Assembly: GCA_030604195.1 (NCBI GenBank)
Contig: JAUVWI010000004.1
Location: 20,829-84,828, forward strand
Direction of reading: 5' to 3'
From: Spirochaetales bacterium
GTDB lineage: Bacteria; Spirochaetota; Spirochaetia; SZUA-6; DRHE01
DNA: 64,000 nt
Shown here: piece by piece, positions 37,203-46,716 of the stretch
Position numbering within the stretch: position 1 is the stretch's first letter
Layout: each line of letters starts with the position of its first letter
Made by a program: the position numbers and the translations under genes
Notes under the pieces: model-generated
What the model saw: only the letters and a program-made list of their open reading frames with translations
The model's database searches: none
What the model was told of the DNA's origin: nothing

Positions 37203-37609
37203 GTAAGAATTTTGACAACCAGCTCAAAAACCTCGGAACGGAACTGCGGCTTCAGATTGACCGCGAAATCGAGAGTATGGCAGACCCGGACTGGGAAACT
37301 ATTTTTACCACTCAGGCTGCGGCCGGCTCCCGGAATGTCCGGTACAGCGCGCTTTTGAGGGTAGCCGCCTTTCTTGCCCTTGCTGTTATTTCCTATGGCG
37401 GGGTGAAAGCCTATCAGAACTATACTCTTGATAAGATCTTTAAACTGGAAACCCAGAGCATGGTCGATCAAATTTTTGCCGAACCACTGGTTAAGGATAT
37501 AGAATTCAGACTGGCAGATAATTATAAGGATGTTTCCGATTGGCTGCAGGAGCTGGAAAGCTCTACCGCCTGGTATTTCGGAAACGAGAACAATAATTAT
37601 CTTGATTAA
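37199..37609 (+). CDS. putative anti-sigma factor (single-pass membrane protein)
   Basis: It overlaps the sigma gene by 4 nt. It has one TM segment (LLRVAAFLALAVISYGGV). The call rests on position only. Confidence 0.45.
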   Translation: MSKNFDNQLKNLGTELRLQIDREIESMADPDWETIFTTQAAAGSRNVRYSALLRVAAFLALAVISYGGVKAYQNYTLDKIFKLETQSMVDQIFAEPLVKDIEFRLADNYKDVSDWLQELESSTAWYFGNENNNYLD

Positions 37610-37842
37610 GCGGAAAGGTCTTTCTTTTTAACCTTTGTCCGAAAGGTCGTTCCCGCTACAATGCAGGCCATGGTGAGCTGCTCTTCAACATCCCTCTGGG
37701 AATGTACTTCTATAATATTTTCATTTAACCGCATATTGATTGACTCAATTCCGGAAATAGTATCCAGGGCTGAACGAATATCTGCGGCAATATTAGCGTC
37801 AAGGTGGTCAATAAGGTAATAGAATGAACGAACTTTTGCCAT
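37606..37842 (-). CDS. hypothetical small protein (HMA-like fold without metal-binding Cys?)
   Basis: 78 aa. The pattern resembles a ferredoxin-like HMA domain, but the CxxC is replaced (DHLDANIAA). Support is weak. Confidence 0.3.
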   Translation of the reverse strand: MAKVRSFYYLIDHLDANIAADIRSALDTISGIESINMRLNENIIEVHSQRDVEEQLTMACIVAGTTFRTKVKKKDLSA

Positions 37843-37990
37843 GGTTCATATATTAATAATTTACTCTGGTAAAGTCAAAGCGGTTTTATAAGATGAAGAG
37901 CTATATCCTTCCGGGATATTATAATTTTTTTTATTATCTTAAAATATATTCCTCTTTTTATCGTCTTTAATTACTGATGAGGTTGCCTGA

Positions 37991-38524
37991 TTGACAGAAA
38001 AAATTAAAAAGACCTACAGAGAGAATTACAGGAGCATCAAGCGTTTTATTGAGCGCAGAATTTCCAGTGTTGAGGACAGTGAGGATATACTGCAGGATAT
38101 CTTTATGAAAGCCCTTGATGACGCCAACTCTCTTTATGCAGTTGAAAACCTGGCGGCCTGGTTTTTCCGAGTTGCAGCCAACCGGGTTATTGACTGGTAC
38201 CGCCGGAAAAAGAGGCGGGAGGTTTCATTGCCTGGCGCTGTAGATGAGGCTACTGTGGAAGATCTTATACATGACAGCGGTATCGATATTGAAAAGGATT
38301 TTATTAGATCTCTGGTAGTTGAAAGCCTGATTAACAGTATCGAAGAACTTCCCCCGGACCAGGCCTGGGTGATCATCAGGCAGGGAATCGAGGGCAGGAC
38401 CTTCAAAGAACTCTCGCAGGAAAGCGGGATTTCGGTGAACACTCTGATTTCCCGTAAACGATACGCTCTCAGCTTTCTGCAAAACAGGCTTACTGAAATC
38501 AAAGGACTTCTAAGTGAAGTTTAG
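37991..38524 (+). CDS. ECF-type RNA polymerase sigma-70 factor (second copy)
   Basis: Region 2 is EDILQDIFMKAL...WFFRVAANRVIDWYRRKKR. Region 4 is LPPDQAWVIIRQGIEGRTFKELSQESGISVNTLISRKRYA. The start is TTG. Confidence 0.85.
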   Translation: MTEKIKKTYRENYRSIKRFIERRISSVEDSEDILQDIFMKALDDANSLYAVENLAAWFFRVAANRVIDWYRRKKRREVSLPGAVDEATVEDLIHDSGIDIEKDFIRSLVVESLINSIEELPPDQAWVIIRQGIEGRTFKELSQESGISVNTLISRKRYALSFLQNRLTEIKGLLSEV

Positions 38525-38546
38525 ATCATTATATGGAGGATTAAAT

Positions 38547-38924
38547 ATGGAACGAGCAAATGTAAAAGGAAGAATATTCAGATGGATCCTGATGATTATA
38601 GGCGGAATATCTTTCGCTGTGGCCATGGCCTTCCTCTTCGGGCTCTTTGTCAAATTGCTCTGGAACTGGATAATGCCGGAGATCTTCGGGTTGCCGGAGA
38701 TTACCTACTGGCAGAGTTGGGGACTGGTGCTTTTGTCACATATGCTCTTCAAACTGGGTGGAAAACCTGGTCCTATACACCATCCCCGCCCTCCTAGTGA
38801 GCACTGGAAAAACAACTTCCGCCGCTATTTTTCTCCCTTCTGCAATGCAGAGAAATCGGGTGCACAGGATGTGCCGCATGAACCGGACCAATCCCCGCCG
38901 AATCAGGAAACAGGCGGAGTTTAG
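38547..38924 (+). CDS. membrane protein, possible cognate anti-sigma factor
   Basis: The ATG at 38547 is preceded by GGAGGA. It has two TM segments and a Pro-rich tail. The call rests on position only. Confidence 0.4.
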   Translation: MERANVKGRIFRWILMIIGGISFAVAMAFLFGLFVKLLWNWIMPEIFGLPEITYWQSWGLVLLSHMLFKLGGKPGPIHHPRPPSEHWKNNFRRYFSPFCNAEKSGAQDVPHEPDQSPPNQETGGV

Positions 38925-39051
38925 ATATTTCTCTTAACAGGCTTTCCCTCGGGCTTTGCAGCCTGCAGGGAGAGACTGTTTTTATGCGGCAGGTTAACCC
39001 ACTTCAATTTCCATGGATTTTCCTGTAGTATCCCTTTTAAGGAGTTAAATT

Positions 39052-39726
39052 TTGCCGCTGAAATATAAATGCCTGATCCTTGATCATGACGACACTGCTG
39101 TTGACAGTACCTCCTTTATCCATCATCCGGCTCATATTGAGGCCATGAAAATACTGCGGCCCGGCCTGGCGCCGCTGGATTTAAAGGACTGGTTCCTTAT
39201 CAATTTTGATCCGGGAATCATGACCTATCTGACAGAAGAGCTTGACCTTACCAGCAGTGAACTGGAGGAGGAGTTCAATATCTGGCGCTCATATACCTCC
39301 AGCCGCATCCCCCATTTCTATCCCGGTTTCTTAGAGGCGCTGCAACGCCATCGGAAAAAGGGCGGCCTGATAGCCGTTGTTTCCCATTCCCAGGAAGATC
39401 TTATAAGGCGTGATTACAAATGCAATTCTGCATCAGCGCCGTTGATGCCCGATATTATCTACGGCTGGGTTGATGATCACAGCAAGAGGAAACCCAATCC
39501 CTGGCCGGCACAGCAGATCCTTGAGAAATATCAGCTGCTCCCGGAAGAGGTCCTGATTATCGATGATCTTAAGCCGGGTGTGCAGATGTCCAGGGCTGCG
39601 GGAGTGGCTGTTGCGGCCGCAGGCTGGGGCCATGACATCACCGAGATACGGGAATATATGACAGAGAACTGCCTGGCATATTTTAAAACTGTGGAGGATT
39701 TCGCAGCTTTTATTTTTGAGTCATAA
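39052..39726 (+). CDS. HAD-superfamily hydrolase (phosphoglycolate phosphatase-like)
   Basis: Motif I is LILDHDDTAVDS, motif II is AVVSHS, and motifs III/IV are KRKPNP...IIDDLKPG. The TTG start sits 7 nt after AAGGAG. Confidence 0.75.
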   Translation: MPLKYKCLILDHDDTAVDSTSFIHHPAHIEAMKILRPGLAPLDLKDWFLINFDPGIMTYLTEELDLTSSELEEEFNIWRSYTSSRIPHFYPGFLEALQRHRKKGGLIAVVSHSQEDLIRRDYKCNSASAPLMPDIIYGWVDDHSKRKPNPWPAQQILEKYQLLPEEVLIIDDLKPGVQMSRAAGVAVAAAGWGHDITEIREYMTENCLAYFKTVEDFAAFIFES

Positions 39727-39955
39727 TCTCTATTAGAGCCCCCAGAGCTTCAATCTGCTTCAGTGCATTTAATCTATTCCATTTTCTTCATCCGATTGTT
39801 AAAATCTCTTTTTTTGTTAATAATAACCCTATGGCAGCCAAAACTCGTAAGAAAAATAATACAGGAAAGCTTCGAATAGGCGACAAGTATGTAGCCACCC
39901 ACATCTGCGACTCAATTTAAAAGCGTCTGAAGCATGACGCTATTGGTGATAATCT

Positions 39956-40381
39956 ATGATACGGATTACGGACAATATCTTTATAGATGAGCAGGAACTC
40001 ATGCTGGACTTTATTCGTGCATCCGGACCGGGCGGCCAGAACGTCAACAAACTTTCTACTGCTGTACAGTTGCGATTTGATGCAGCTCATTCCCCCTCCC
40101 TTCCGGTTGAGGTGCGGAAACGTTTAATTGAAAAAGCAGATAAAAGGCTGACTAAGGAAGGCGTGCTGATAATCGAAGCCAGGCGGTTCAGAACCCAGGA
40201 ACGAAACCGGAAGGATGCCCTCTTGAGATTGGTTAAGCTCATCCGTGAGGCGGCTTTTGAACCGAAAAAAAGGCATAAAACAAAACCGAGTTTCCGTGCA
40301 ATAGAAGATCGCCTAGAAGAAAAGCAGTTGCGAGGCAAAATCAAGAAAATGCGCGGGCCGGTTGACCCGAATGAAGAATGA
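39956..40381 (+). CDS. arfB: alternative ribosome-rescue factor ArfB (peptidyl-tRNA hydrolase, GGQ)
   Basis: 141 aa with ASGPGGQNVNKLSTAV and a basic C-terminal tail. This is the YaeJ/ArfB architecture. Confidence 0.85.
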   Translation: MIRITDNIFIDEQELMLDFIRASGPGGQNVNKLSTAVQLRFDAAHSPSLPVEVRKRLIEKADKRLTKEGVLIIEARRFRTQERNRKDALLRLVKLIREAAFEPKKRHKTKPSFRAIEDRLEEKQLRGKIKKMRGPVDPNEE

Positions 40382-40434
40382 AATATTTCACCTGTGATTT
40401 GCCGCACATCTAAATCACTGTGCCTGCAGCCTTT

Positions 40435-42246
40435 TTATCCGTAAAGCGGGCCGTATGCTGCGCAGGCCCGGTAATCGGCACCCTCCTGGTCCATGCCGAA
40501 ACTGGCCCAGGCGCTGGGACGGTAAACAGCTTCAGCCGCCACATTATGCATGCATACCGGTATTCGTAACATAGAGGCCAGGGTAATCAAATCTGCGCCG
40601 ATGTGCCCATAGGAAATAGCACCGTGGTTTGCACCCCAGTTGGCCATTATTGAGTAAACATCCCTGAAAGCGCCTTTTCCCGTTAATACGGGAGCAAACC
40701 AGGTGGTGGGCCAGGTCGGGTCAGTACGGTTATCCAGTATGTTGTGTACATCCTCCTCCAGGTCAACGGTATAGCCCTGTGCAATCTGGAGCACCGGCCC
40801 TAACCCTTTAACCAGATTGATACGGGACATGGTTACTGCCATCCCTCCCCTGGTTAAGAAGTCTGATGAATAACCGCCGCCACGGAAATAGCCTAAAGAG
40901 GCCTCGCGCCACAGCGTGGCATCAAGACATTTACCCGCTTCTGCAGCTGTTACCTCCCAGAAGGGCTTGATAACCGGCTTGCCATCCCGGCTCTGTTCGC
41001 CGGTTCCATCCATGGCCGCTGAACCGGAATTAATCAGATGAATCAGGCCGTTTTCAGCCACTCCGGATAATTTCCGCCCGGTTACCCTGAACACGGCTTC
41101 TGGGCTCCAGTAGGTACGCACATCGGAAAAGATCTGCGCGGTTCCGGTAAGCAGATGGCCGAAAAGCATGGCCGCTCCATTGAGGCTGTCATTCTCAGTT
41201 GCCATAATATAGGGCTGCCTGATACCATTCCAGTCAAAGGAGGTGTTTAAGATAGTCTCCATGAAATCGCCATTGGGAAAATGATCCGTCCACTGCCGCT
41301 GACCCTGAAAGCCGGCAGCTATGGCATTATGGCCCAGGGCTTCTTCACCAAAACCCATTTCTTTTAGACGCAGGTTGCCTACCATCAAATCACGGGCAAT
41401 CATGGTCATTTTAATTACAATTTCCCAGTCCCTGTCCTTTTGTTCCCGGCTCCGCTGGATATCTACGGGATTGTTATCCTCTCCTTCAGGACAATTCTCT
41501 TTTACCCATTTTAATGCCCGCTTAAACTCATCAGGATCATAGATTTCCTCATCGATCCTCCTGGTAAACTCCGACATATCCACATATTCATTTCTCATAC
41601 CCAGGTAGCTCTGGAATAAATCCTCCTGCACAATTGAACCGGCAATACCCATGGAAACAGAACCCATGGAGAGATAAGAATTACCCCTCATCGAGGCAGC
41701 AGCCAGCCCCGCCCTGCTGAAGTGGATCAGTTTTTCTTTAACATCCTCCGGGATTGAAGTGTCGCTTGAATCCTGAACATCTCTGCCGTAGATGCTGAAA
41801 GCGGGCAGTCCCTTCTGATTGTGAGCGGCAAGCACTGCGGCTAAGTATACAGCGCCCGGACGTTCGGTGCCGTTGAAACCCCAGACTGCTTTGGGTGTTA
41901 AAGGTTCCATGTCCATGGTTTCCGAACCATAACACCAGCAGGGTGTAACGGTTAATGAGACCCCTACTCCCTCCCGGCGGAACTTCTCAGCCGTTTGAGC
42001 CGCCTCAGCCACTCCGCCTATGCAGGCATCAGCAATAACACACTCTACCGGCAACCCGCAGGGGTGTCTCAACTTTTCACTCAGCAGCCTGGCCGCGGAT
42101 TGAGCCATTTCAATGGTCTGCTTTTCCAGTGATTCCCTTACCCCGCCAAGCCGGCCGTCTATTACCGGGCGAATGCCTATTCTGGGTAGAATGCCCTTAA
42201 GCCTGTGCTCAAGGCTGCTCATTTTCAAATTATCGATCTTAGCCAT
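40435..42246 (-). CDS. fucI: L-fucose isomerase
   Basis: Similarity to enterobacterial FucI runs nearly full length: [84 protein letters not shown] and RIPVCMHNV. The start is set to the ATG at 42246 behind GAGGTGA. Confidence 0.95.
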   Translation of the reverse strand: MAKIDNLKMSSLEHRLKGILPRIGIRPVIDGRLGGVRESLEKQTIEMAQSAARLLSEKLRHPCGLPVECVIADACIGGVAEAAQTAEKFRREGVGVSLTVTPCWCYGSETMDMEPLTPKAVWGFNGTERPGAVYLAAVLAAHNQKGLPAFSIYGRDVQDSSDTSIPEDVKEKLIHFSRAGLAAASMRGNSYLSMGSVSMGIAGSIVQEDLFQSYLGMRNEYVDMSEFTRRIDEEIYDPDEFKRALKWVKENCPEGEDNNPVDIQRSREQKDRDWEIVIKMTMIARDLMVGNLRLKEMGFGEEALGHNAIAAGFQGQRQWTDHFPNGDFMETILNTSFDWNGIRQPYIMATENDSLNGAAMLFGHLLTGTAQIFSDVRTYWSPEAVFRVTGRKLSGVAENGLIHLINSGSAAMDGTGEQSRDGKPVIKPFWEVTAAEAGKCLDATLWREASLGYFRGGGYSSDFLTRGGMAVTMSRINLVKGLGPVLQIAQGYTVDLEEDVHNILDNRTDPTWPTTWFAPVLTGKGAFRDVYSIMANWGANHGAISYGHIGADLITLASMLRIPVCMHNVAAEAVYRPSAWASFGMDQEGADYRACAAYGPLYG

Positions 42247-42426
42247 TATTTCACCTCTTGCCATAAACCTAAAACAGGTTAAAGGTCTTTGTCAAGAAAA
42301 ACAAACATGCGGATTGATTGACAATAGAAACAAAAAAAACTTTTGCTTTACAATTTCAGTTCATTATGTGAAAGGGTATATCGGGGATGATTTCTATTAT
42401 AAAAAATCTTGAAATCTGAACAATAA

Positions 42427-42445
42427 AGTAGTATTTTAGTAGTAT
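42427..42445 (+). repeat. 8-bp direct repeat AGTAGTAT x2 (11-bp period) overlapping the mazE-like start codon; possible autoregulatory operator
   Basis: AGTAGTAT occurs at 42427-42434 and 42438-42445. The second copy contains the ATG at 42444. Confidence 0.3.
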
Positions 42446-42674
42446 GAAAGCTAAGACATCAATAACACTCTCCGAAGATCTTTTAAAAGAAGTCGATCAA
42501 CTAATCAAAGGTGCAACAAGTCGATCAAATTTTATTGAACAGGCAATTAAAAACTTTCTTAATCAAAAGCAGCGCGAAAGAAGAGAGAAAACAGATTTTG
42601 ATATTCTTAATCAGCATTCTGATAAACTCAATGCCGAAGCCGGAGATGTTTTATCCTATCAGGCAGAGCTTTGA
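42444..42674 (+). CDS. ribbon-helix-helix (CopG/MazE-like) antitoxin
   Basis: The N-terminal RHH pattern is [34 protein letters not shown]. It overlaps the PemK/MazF toxin gene by 4 nt. Confidence 0.7.
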   Translation: MKAKTSITLSEDLLKEVDQLIKGATSRSNFIEQAIKNFLNQKQRERREKTDFDILNQHSDKLNAEAGDVLSYQAEL

Positions 42675-43009
42675 AGCGCGGCGATCTTTACAGAGTTTAT
42701 AAAGGGTCGCTAACTGACTCTAAAAAATACCGAGTTTTTGTTTTAGTCAGCAGACAGGTATTAATTGATTCCAGATTTTCAACAGTGATTTGCGCTCCTG
42801 TATACAGTTCATACGAAGGCCTTTCAACCCAGGTGGCTGTGGGTATTAATGAAGGGTTAAAGCATGACAGCTCCATATATTGTGATGAATTGATAAGCAT
42901 ACCAAAGAAGCTTTTAACCAACTATCTCGGCACTCTTACAGCTGAAAAGCTCTCCCAATTAAATAAAGCTATTTCGATTTCACTTGCAATTGAAGATTTT
43001 TATAATTGA
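42671..43009 (+). CDS. mazF: type II toxin, PemK/MazF-family endoribonuclease
   Basis: [24 protein letters not shown] and [12 protein letters not shown] follow the MazF/PemK pattern. The protein is 112 aa. Confidence 0.85.
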   Translation: MKRGDLYRVYKGSLTDSKKYRVFVLVSRQVLIDSRFSTVICAPVYSSYEGLSTQVAVGINEGLKHDSSIYCDELISIPKKLLTNYLGTLTAEKLSQLNKAISISLAIEDFYN

Positions 43010-43125
43010 AGCTATATCTCGAATTTCTCCTGATCCACTAATATTTTATTCAGCTATCCTCCCGATTACCGCCCCTTGACTTTTAGCAAAGCCATCAATA
43101 ATCTGCCTCTATGGGAGGTCAGCTA

Positions 43126-44376
43126 ATGAACATAAAAAAACTACCCTTTACAAAAAACAAGATCGAAGAAATCATTGCCCAACACCCTACCCCATTTCAT
43201 ATTTATGATGAAAAAGCAATAAGGGAGAATGCCCGCCGCCTTAATTCCACTTTTGCCTGGGCCCCGGGCTTTCAGGAGTTCTTTGCCGTTAAAGCCACCC
43301 CCAATCCCTGCATACTTAAACTGCTGAAAGAAGAGGGTTTCGGCACAGATTGCAGCTCCCTGCCTGAGCTCCTGCTGGCTGAAAAGATCGGCCTTCCCGG
43401 CCGCAAGATCATGTTTACCTCCAACGATACACCGGCACAGGAGTATCAGAAGGCGCGTGAACTGGATGCTGTTATCAACCTGGACGATATCAGCCACCTC
43501 ACTTTCCTGGAAAGTCACTGCGGCCTGCCCGAGCTGCTCTGTTTCCGTTACAATCCCGGACCGCTGCGCGGCGGCAACGCCATTATCGGCAAACCAGAGG
43601 AAGCTAAATATGGCTTTACCAGGGAACAGCTCTTTGAGGGCTATAAGTGGGCGAAGGACAGGGGCGTCAGCCGCTTCGGCCTGCATACCATGATTGCCTC
43701 CAACGAGCTTGATCCAAACTATTTTGTCGATACAGCTAAAATGCTCTTTGCCTTAGTTGTGGATATTTCCCGGAGCCTGGATATTAATTTTGAGTTCATC
43801 AATATAGGCGGCGGCATAGGCATTCCCTACAGGCCGGAGCAGGAGCCTGTTGATATAGAATATATATCCAGGGGAATAAAACAGGCCTACCGGGAAAAGA
43901 TCGAAGGGAGCTCTCTACATCCCTTAAGGTTGTATATGGAGACTGGACGCATGATTACCGGACCATACGGTTACCTTGTTTCCAGGGTACTGCATATAAA
44001 GGATACCTATAAGCTCTATGTTGGCCTGGACAGCTCTATGGCCGACATGATGCGTCCGGCACTTTACGGAGCTTATCATCACATCACTGTACTCGGTAAA
44101 GAGAATGAGCCCCTGGATTATACCTACGACGTCACAGGCTCCCTATGTGAAAATAATGATAAATTCGCCATTGACCGTTCTCTGCCCAAAATTGAAATTG
44201 GCGATATTGTGGTTATTCATGACAGCGGCGCACACGGCCATTCCATGGGCTTCAACTATAACGGTAAGCTGCGCTCCGCCGAACTCCTTTTAAAGGCAGA
44301 CGGCAGCGTGGAAAAAATCAGGCGGGCGGAAACAGTGGAAGACTATTTTTCCACCCTGGATTTTTCACGAATATAA
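43126..44376 (+). CDS. lysA: PLP-dependent group IV decarboxylase, diaminopimelate decarboxylase-like
   Basis: TPFHIYDEKAI is followed by the PLP-lysine context FFAVKATPN. GGGIGIPY, GSLCENNDKF and HDSGAHGHSMGFNYNG are also present. The start is set to the ATG at 43126 after GGGAGG. Confidence 0.65.
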   Translation: MNIKKLPFTKNKIEEIIAQHPTPFHIYDEKAIRENARRLNSTFAWAPGFQEFFAVKATPNPCILKLLKEEGFGTDCSSLPELLLAEKIGLPGRKIMFTSNDTPAQEYQKARELDAVINLDDISHLTFLESHCGLPELLCFRYNPGPLRGGNAIIGKPEEAKYGFTREQLFEGYKWAKDRGVSRFGLHTMIASNELDPNYFVDTAKMLFALVVDISRSLDINFEFINIGGGIGIPYRPEQEPVDIEYISRGIKQAYREKIEGSSLHPLRLYMETGRMITGPYGYLVSRVLHIKDTYKLYVGLDSSMADMMRPALYGAYHHITVLGKENEPLDYTYDVTGSLCENNDKFAIDRSLPKIEIGDIVVIHDSGAHGHSMGFNYNGKLRSAELLLKADGSVEKIRRAETVEDYFSTLDFSRI

Positions 44377-44393
44377 TGCAGCAGGGGGCGATA

Positions 44394-46046
44394 ATGAGCC
44401 GTGATAGATATGTTATCGGTATAGATTTCGGAACCGACTCGGTACGGGCGCTGGTGGTTAATGTTGAAAGCGGAAAAGAAGAAGCGGAGGTTGCAGCCCC
44501 TTACCTGCGCTGGGCAGAAGGCAGATATTGTGATCCTGCCAACAACCGGTTCCGGCAGCATCCCCTGGATTATGTAGAAGGTCTGGAAACAGCAGTAGGT
44601 GGGGCTTTAAAAAAATTGGCCCCGGAAAAAAGAAATAAGATAATCGGTATAGGCATAGATACTACCGGCTCAACCCCCTGCGCCGTGAACAAGCAGGGCA
44701 CGCCTTTAGCTCTGAAAAAAGAGTTCAGTGAGAACCCCGATGCCATGTTCATACTGTGGAAGGACCATACCGCTATTAAAGAGGCTGATCAAATCAACCA
44801 GCTCGCCAGGAACTGGGGAGGCACGGATTTCATCGCTTTTGAAGGAGGTATATATTCTTCAGAGTGGTTCTGGGCAAAGATATTGCATGTACTGCGCAGC
44901 AGTGCTGAGATAAGAGAGGCTGCCTACTCCTGGGTTGAACACTGCGACTGGATGCCTGCCCTGTTAACCGGCAATACCGACCCGCTTGCCTTGAAACGCA
45001 GTCGCTGTGCCGCCGGACATAAAGCCATGTGGCACGCTCAATGGGGCGGACTTCCCGATGAAGATTTTCTCACAAAACTCGATCCCCTGCTATCAGGGCT
45101 TAAGCAGAGACTCTATAAAAAGACCTTTACCTCTGACAACAAAGCGGGAGAGCTATGTGCAGAGTGGGCTGAACGCCTGAACCTGGAGGCAGGTATAGCG
45201 GTTGCCGTAGGCGCCTTCGATGCTCACATGGGAGCGGTTGGCGGCGGTGTGACCAAGGCAACATTAGCAAAGATCATGGGCACTTCTATCTGCGACATGA
45301 TCGTTGCCCCGCCGGATGCCCTGCAGCCGGAGCCGGTTGCAGGTATCTGCGGGCAGGTCGACGGTTCAATTGTACCCGGCATGGTCGGCCTGGAAGCAGG
45401 CCAGTCAGCCTTCGGCGATGTCTACGCCTGGTTTGCCGATCTGCTCTCCTGGCCCCTTAAAGGGCTGGAAAGCTCTCTATCTCCTAAAGAGGCAAGAGAG
45501 AGGATACTCATTAAGCTTACAGAGGAAGCGCAAAAAATGGCTATTGAGAATACCTGCCTCCTGGCCCTGAACTGGTTAAACGGCCGTCGTACTCCCGATG
45601 CTGACCAGAACCTGAAAGGGGCCATTATCGGCCTTACCCTTAGTTCCTCTGCCCCGGCTATTTTCCGGGCGCTGGTAGAGGCAACTGCTTACGGCTCCAG
45701 GGCAATTGTGGAGCGCCTGGTCAGCTCCGGAGTCGAGATACGCCAGGTCGTGGCCATGGGAGGAATAGCCCATAAATCACCCTTTGTAATGCAGGTTTCT
45801 GCGGATGTAATGAACATGCCGATTAAGGTGGTTAAATCCGAGCAGACCTGTGCCCTGGGCGCAGCCATGTTCGCCGCAGTTGCCTCCGGTTTTCACCCGA
45901 ACCTGACAGCAGCACAGGAAAATATGGCCGGTGGTTTCAGCAGAACCTACACTCCTATTCCCGAAAATGTTGCCAGGTATAAACATTTATACCAGAGCTA
46001 CCTGGAATTGGGCGAAACCATAGCGGATCAACTGCGCACTCTATAA
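44394..46046 (+). CDS. araB: ribulokinase (FGGY family)
   Basis: It resembles E. coli AraB along its whole length: YVIGIDFGTDSVRALVV, LWKDHTA, GGIYSSEWFWAKILHV, CAAGHKAMWH, GICGQVDGSIVPG, LEAGQSAFGDVYAWF, NGRRTP and CALGAAMFAAVA. The likely start is the ATG at 44394 behind AGGGGG. The track start at 44376 overlaps the lysA stop. Confidence 0.9.
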   Translation: MSRDRYVIGIDFGTDSVRALVVNVESGKEEAEVAAPYLRWAEGRYCDPANNRFRQHPLDYVEGLETAVGGALKKLAPEKRNKIIGIGIDTTGSTPCAVNKQGTPLALKKEFSENPDAMFILWKDHTAIKEADQINQLARNWGGTDFIAFEGGIYSSEWFWAKILHVLRSSAEIREAAYSWVEHCDWMPALLTGNTDPLALKRSRCAAGHKAMWHAQWGGLPDEDFLTKLDPLLSGLKQRLYKKTFTSDNKAGELCAEWAERLNLEAGIAVAVGAFDAHMGAVGGGVTKATLAKIMGTSICDMIVAPPDALQPEPVAGICGQVDGSIVPGMVGLEAGQSAFGDVYAWFADLLSWPLKGLESSLSPKEARERILIKLTEEAQKMAIENTCLLALNWLNGRRTPDADQNLKGAIIGLTLSSSAPAIFRALVEATAYGSRAIVERLVSSGVEIRQVVAMGGIAHKSPFVMQVSADVMNMPIKVVKSEQTCALGAAMFAAVASGFHPNLTAAQENMAGGFSRTYTPIPENVARYKHLYQSYLELGETIADQLRTL

Positions 46047-46071
46047 CCAACCCTTAACCAAGCCTTAACCA

Positions 46072-46104
46072 AGCCGGCCGGTAGGGCCGGTGTTTGGGCC
46101 GGCT
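46072..46104. terminator. possible bidirectional terminator hairpin between araB and the nitroreductase gene
   Basis: AGCCGGCC (46072-46079) pairs with GGCCGGCT (46097-46104) around a 17-nt loop that contains further GGCCGG repeats. A T-run (cttttcg) follows. It overlaps the stop of the convergent gene. Confidence 0.35.
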
Positions 46105-46615
46105 ACCACTTTTCGTAATGCACTATCTCTGCCAGCTTAAGCCTGCTTTTTTCTTTGATCGCCATATCCTGCGGGTACCCAAGGGGCAACAGTTCCACTA
46201 CAACGATTTCCTGCGGAATTCCCAGGATTTGTTTGACCTGCTCACTCTCGAATGACCCGATCCAGCAGGTTCCCAGCCCCTCGGAAACCGCAGCTAAGGT
46301 GAGGTGATCTATGGCAATGGCAACATCTATGGGATAACATTCAAGGCCGCAGCGCATAACATGTTTATCAGTTTCTGCGCAGCAGGCAATCACTACAGGC
46401 GCCTCACCGACAAAAGTCTGATCGTGAGCTGCCCGGGCAAGCTGCTCCCTCTTATGCCTGTCCCTGACCACTACAAAGCGCCATTCCTGCTTGTTCTTGG
46501 CAGATGGTGCCAATCTTACCGCTTCCAGGATCCTCTGCAATTTATCCTCTTCAATATCTCTATCGAGAAATGACCGTACACTTTTCCTGGTTCTAATCGC
46601 TTTATAAATATCCAT
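46103..46615 (-). CDS. nitroreductase-family protein
   Basis: IRTRKSVRSF, APSAKNKQEWRFVVV and GLGTCWIG are typical NADH oxidase/flavin reductase-type nitroreductase motifs. Confidence 0.8.
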   Translation of the reverse strand: MDIYKAIRTRKSVRSFLDRDIEEDKLQRILEAVRLAPSAKNKQEWRFVVVRDRHKREQLARAAHDQTFVGEAPVVIACCAETDKHVMRCGLECYPIDVAIAIDHLTLAAVSEGLGTCWIGSFESEQVKQILGIPQEIVVVELLPLGYPQDMAIKEKSRLKLAEIVHYEKW

Positions 46616-46716
46616 CTGAGCCTCCTTATACGTCTGTTGTGATCGTATAATAAAGCTAAAGTATTATCAAAGGGGCAAATCTATGATATATTACCGAATC
46701 TGTAAGGAGTTGACTT

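Noticed and set aside
39831-39920. A 29-aa ORF (MAAKTRKKNNTGKLRIGDKYVATHICDSI) in the 229-nt gap before arfB
   Set aside because: It has no Shine-Dalgarno sequence and no recognisable family, and it is too short to evaluate without conservation data. It is not reported as a gene.
46052-46073. An 11-bp perfect tandem duplication, CCTTAACCAAG x2, just after the araB stop
   Set aside because: It has only two copies in a non-coding spacer, which is most simply replication slippage. There is no array structure or CRISPR-like spacing.
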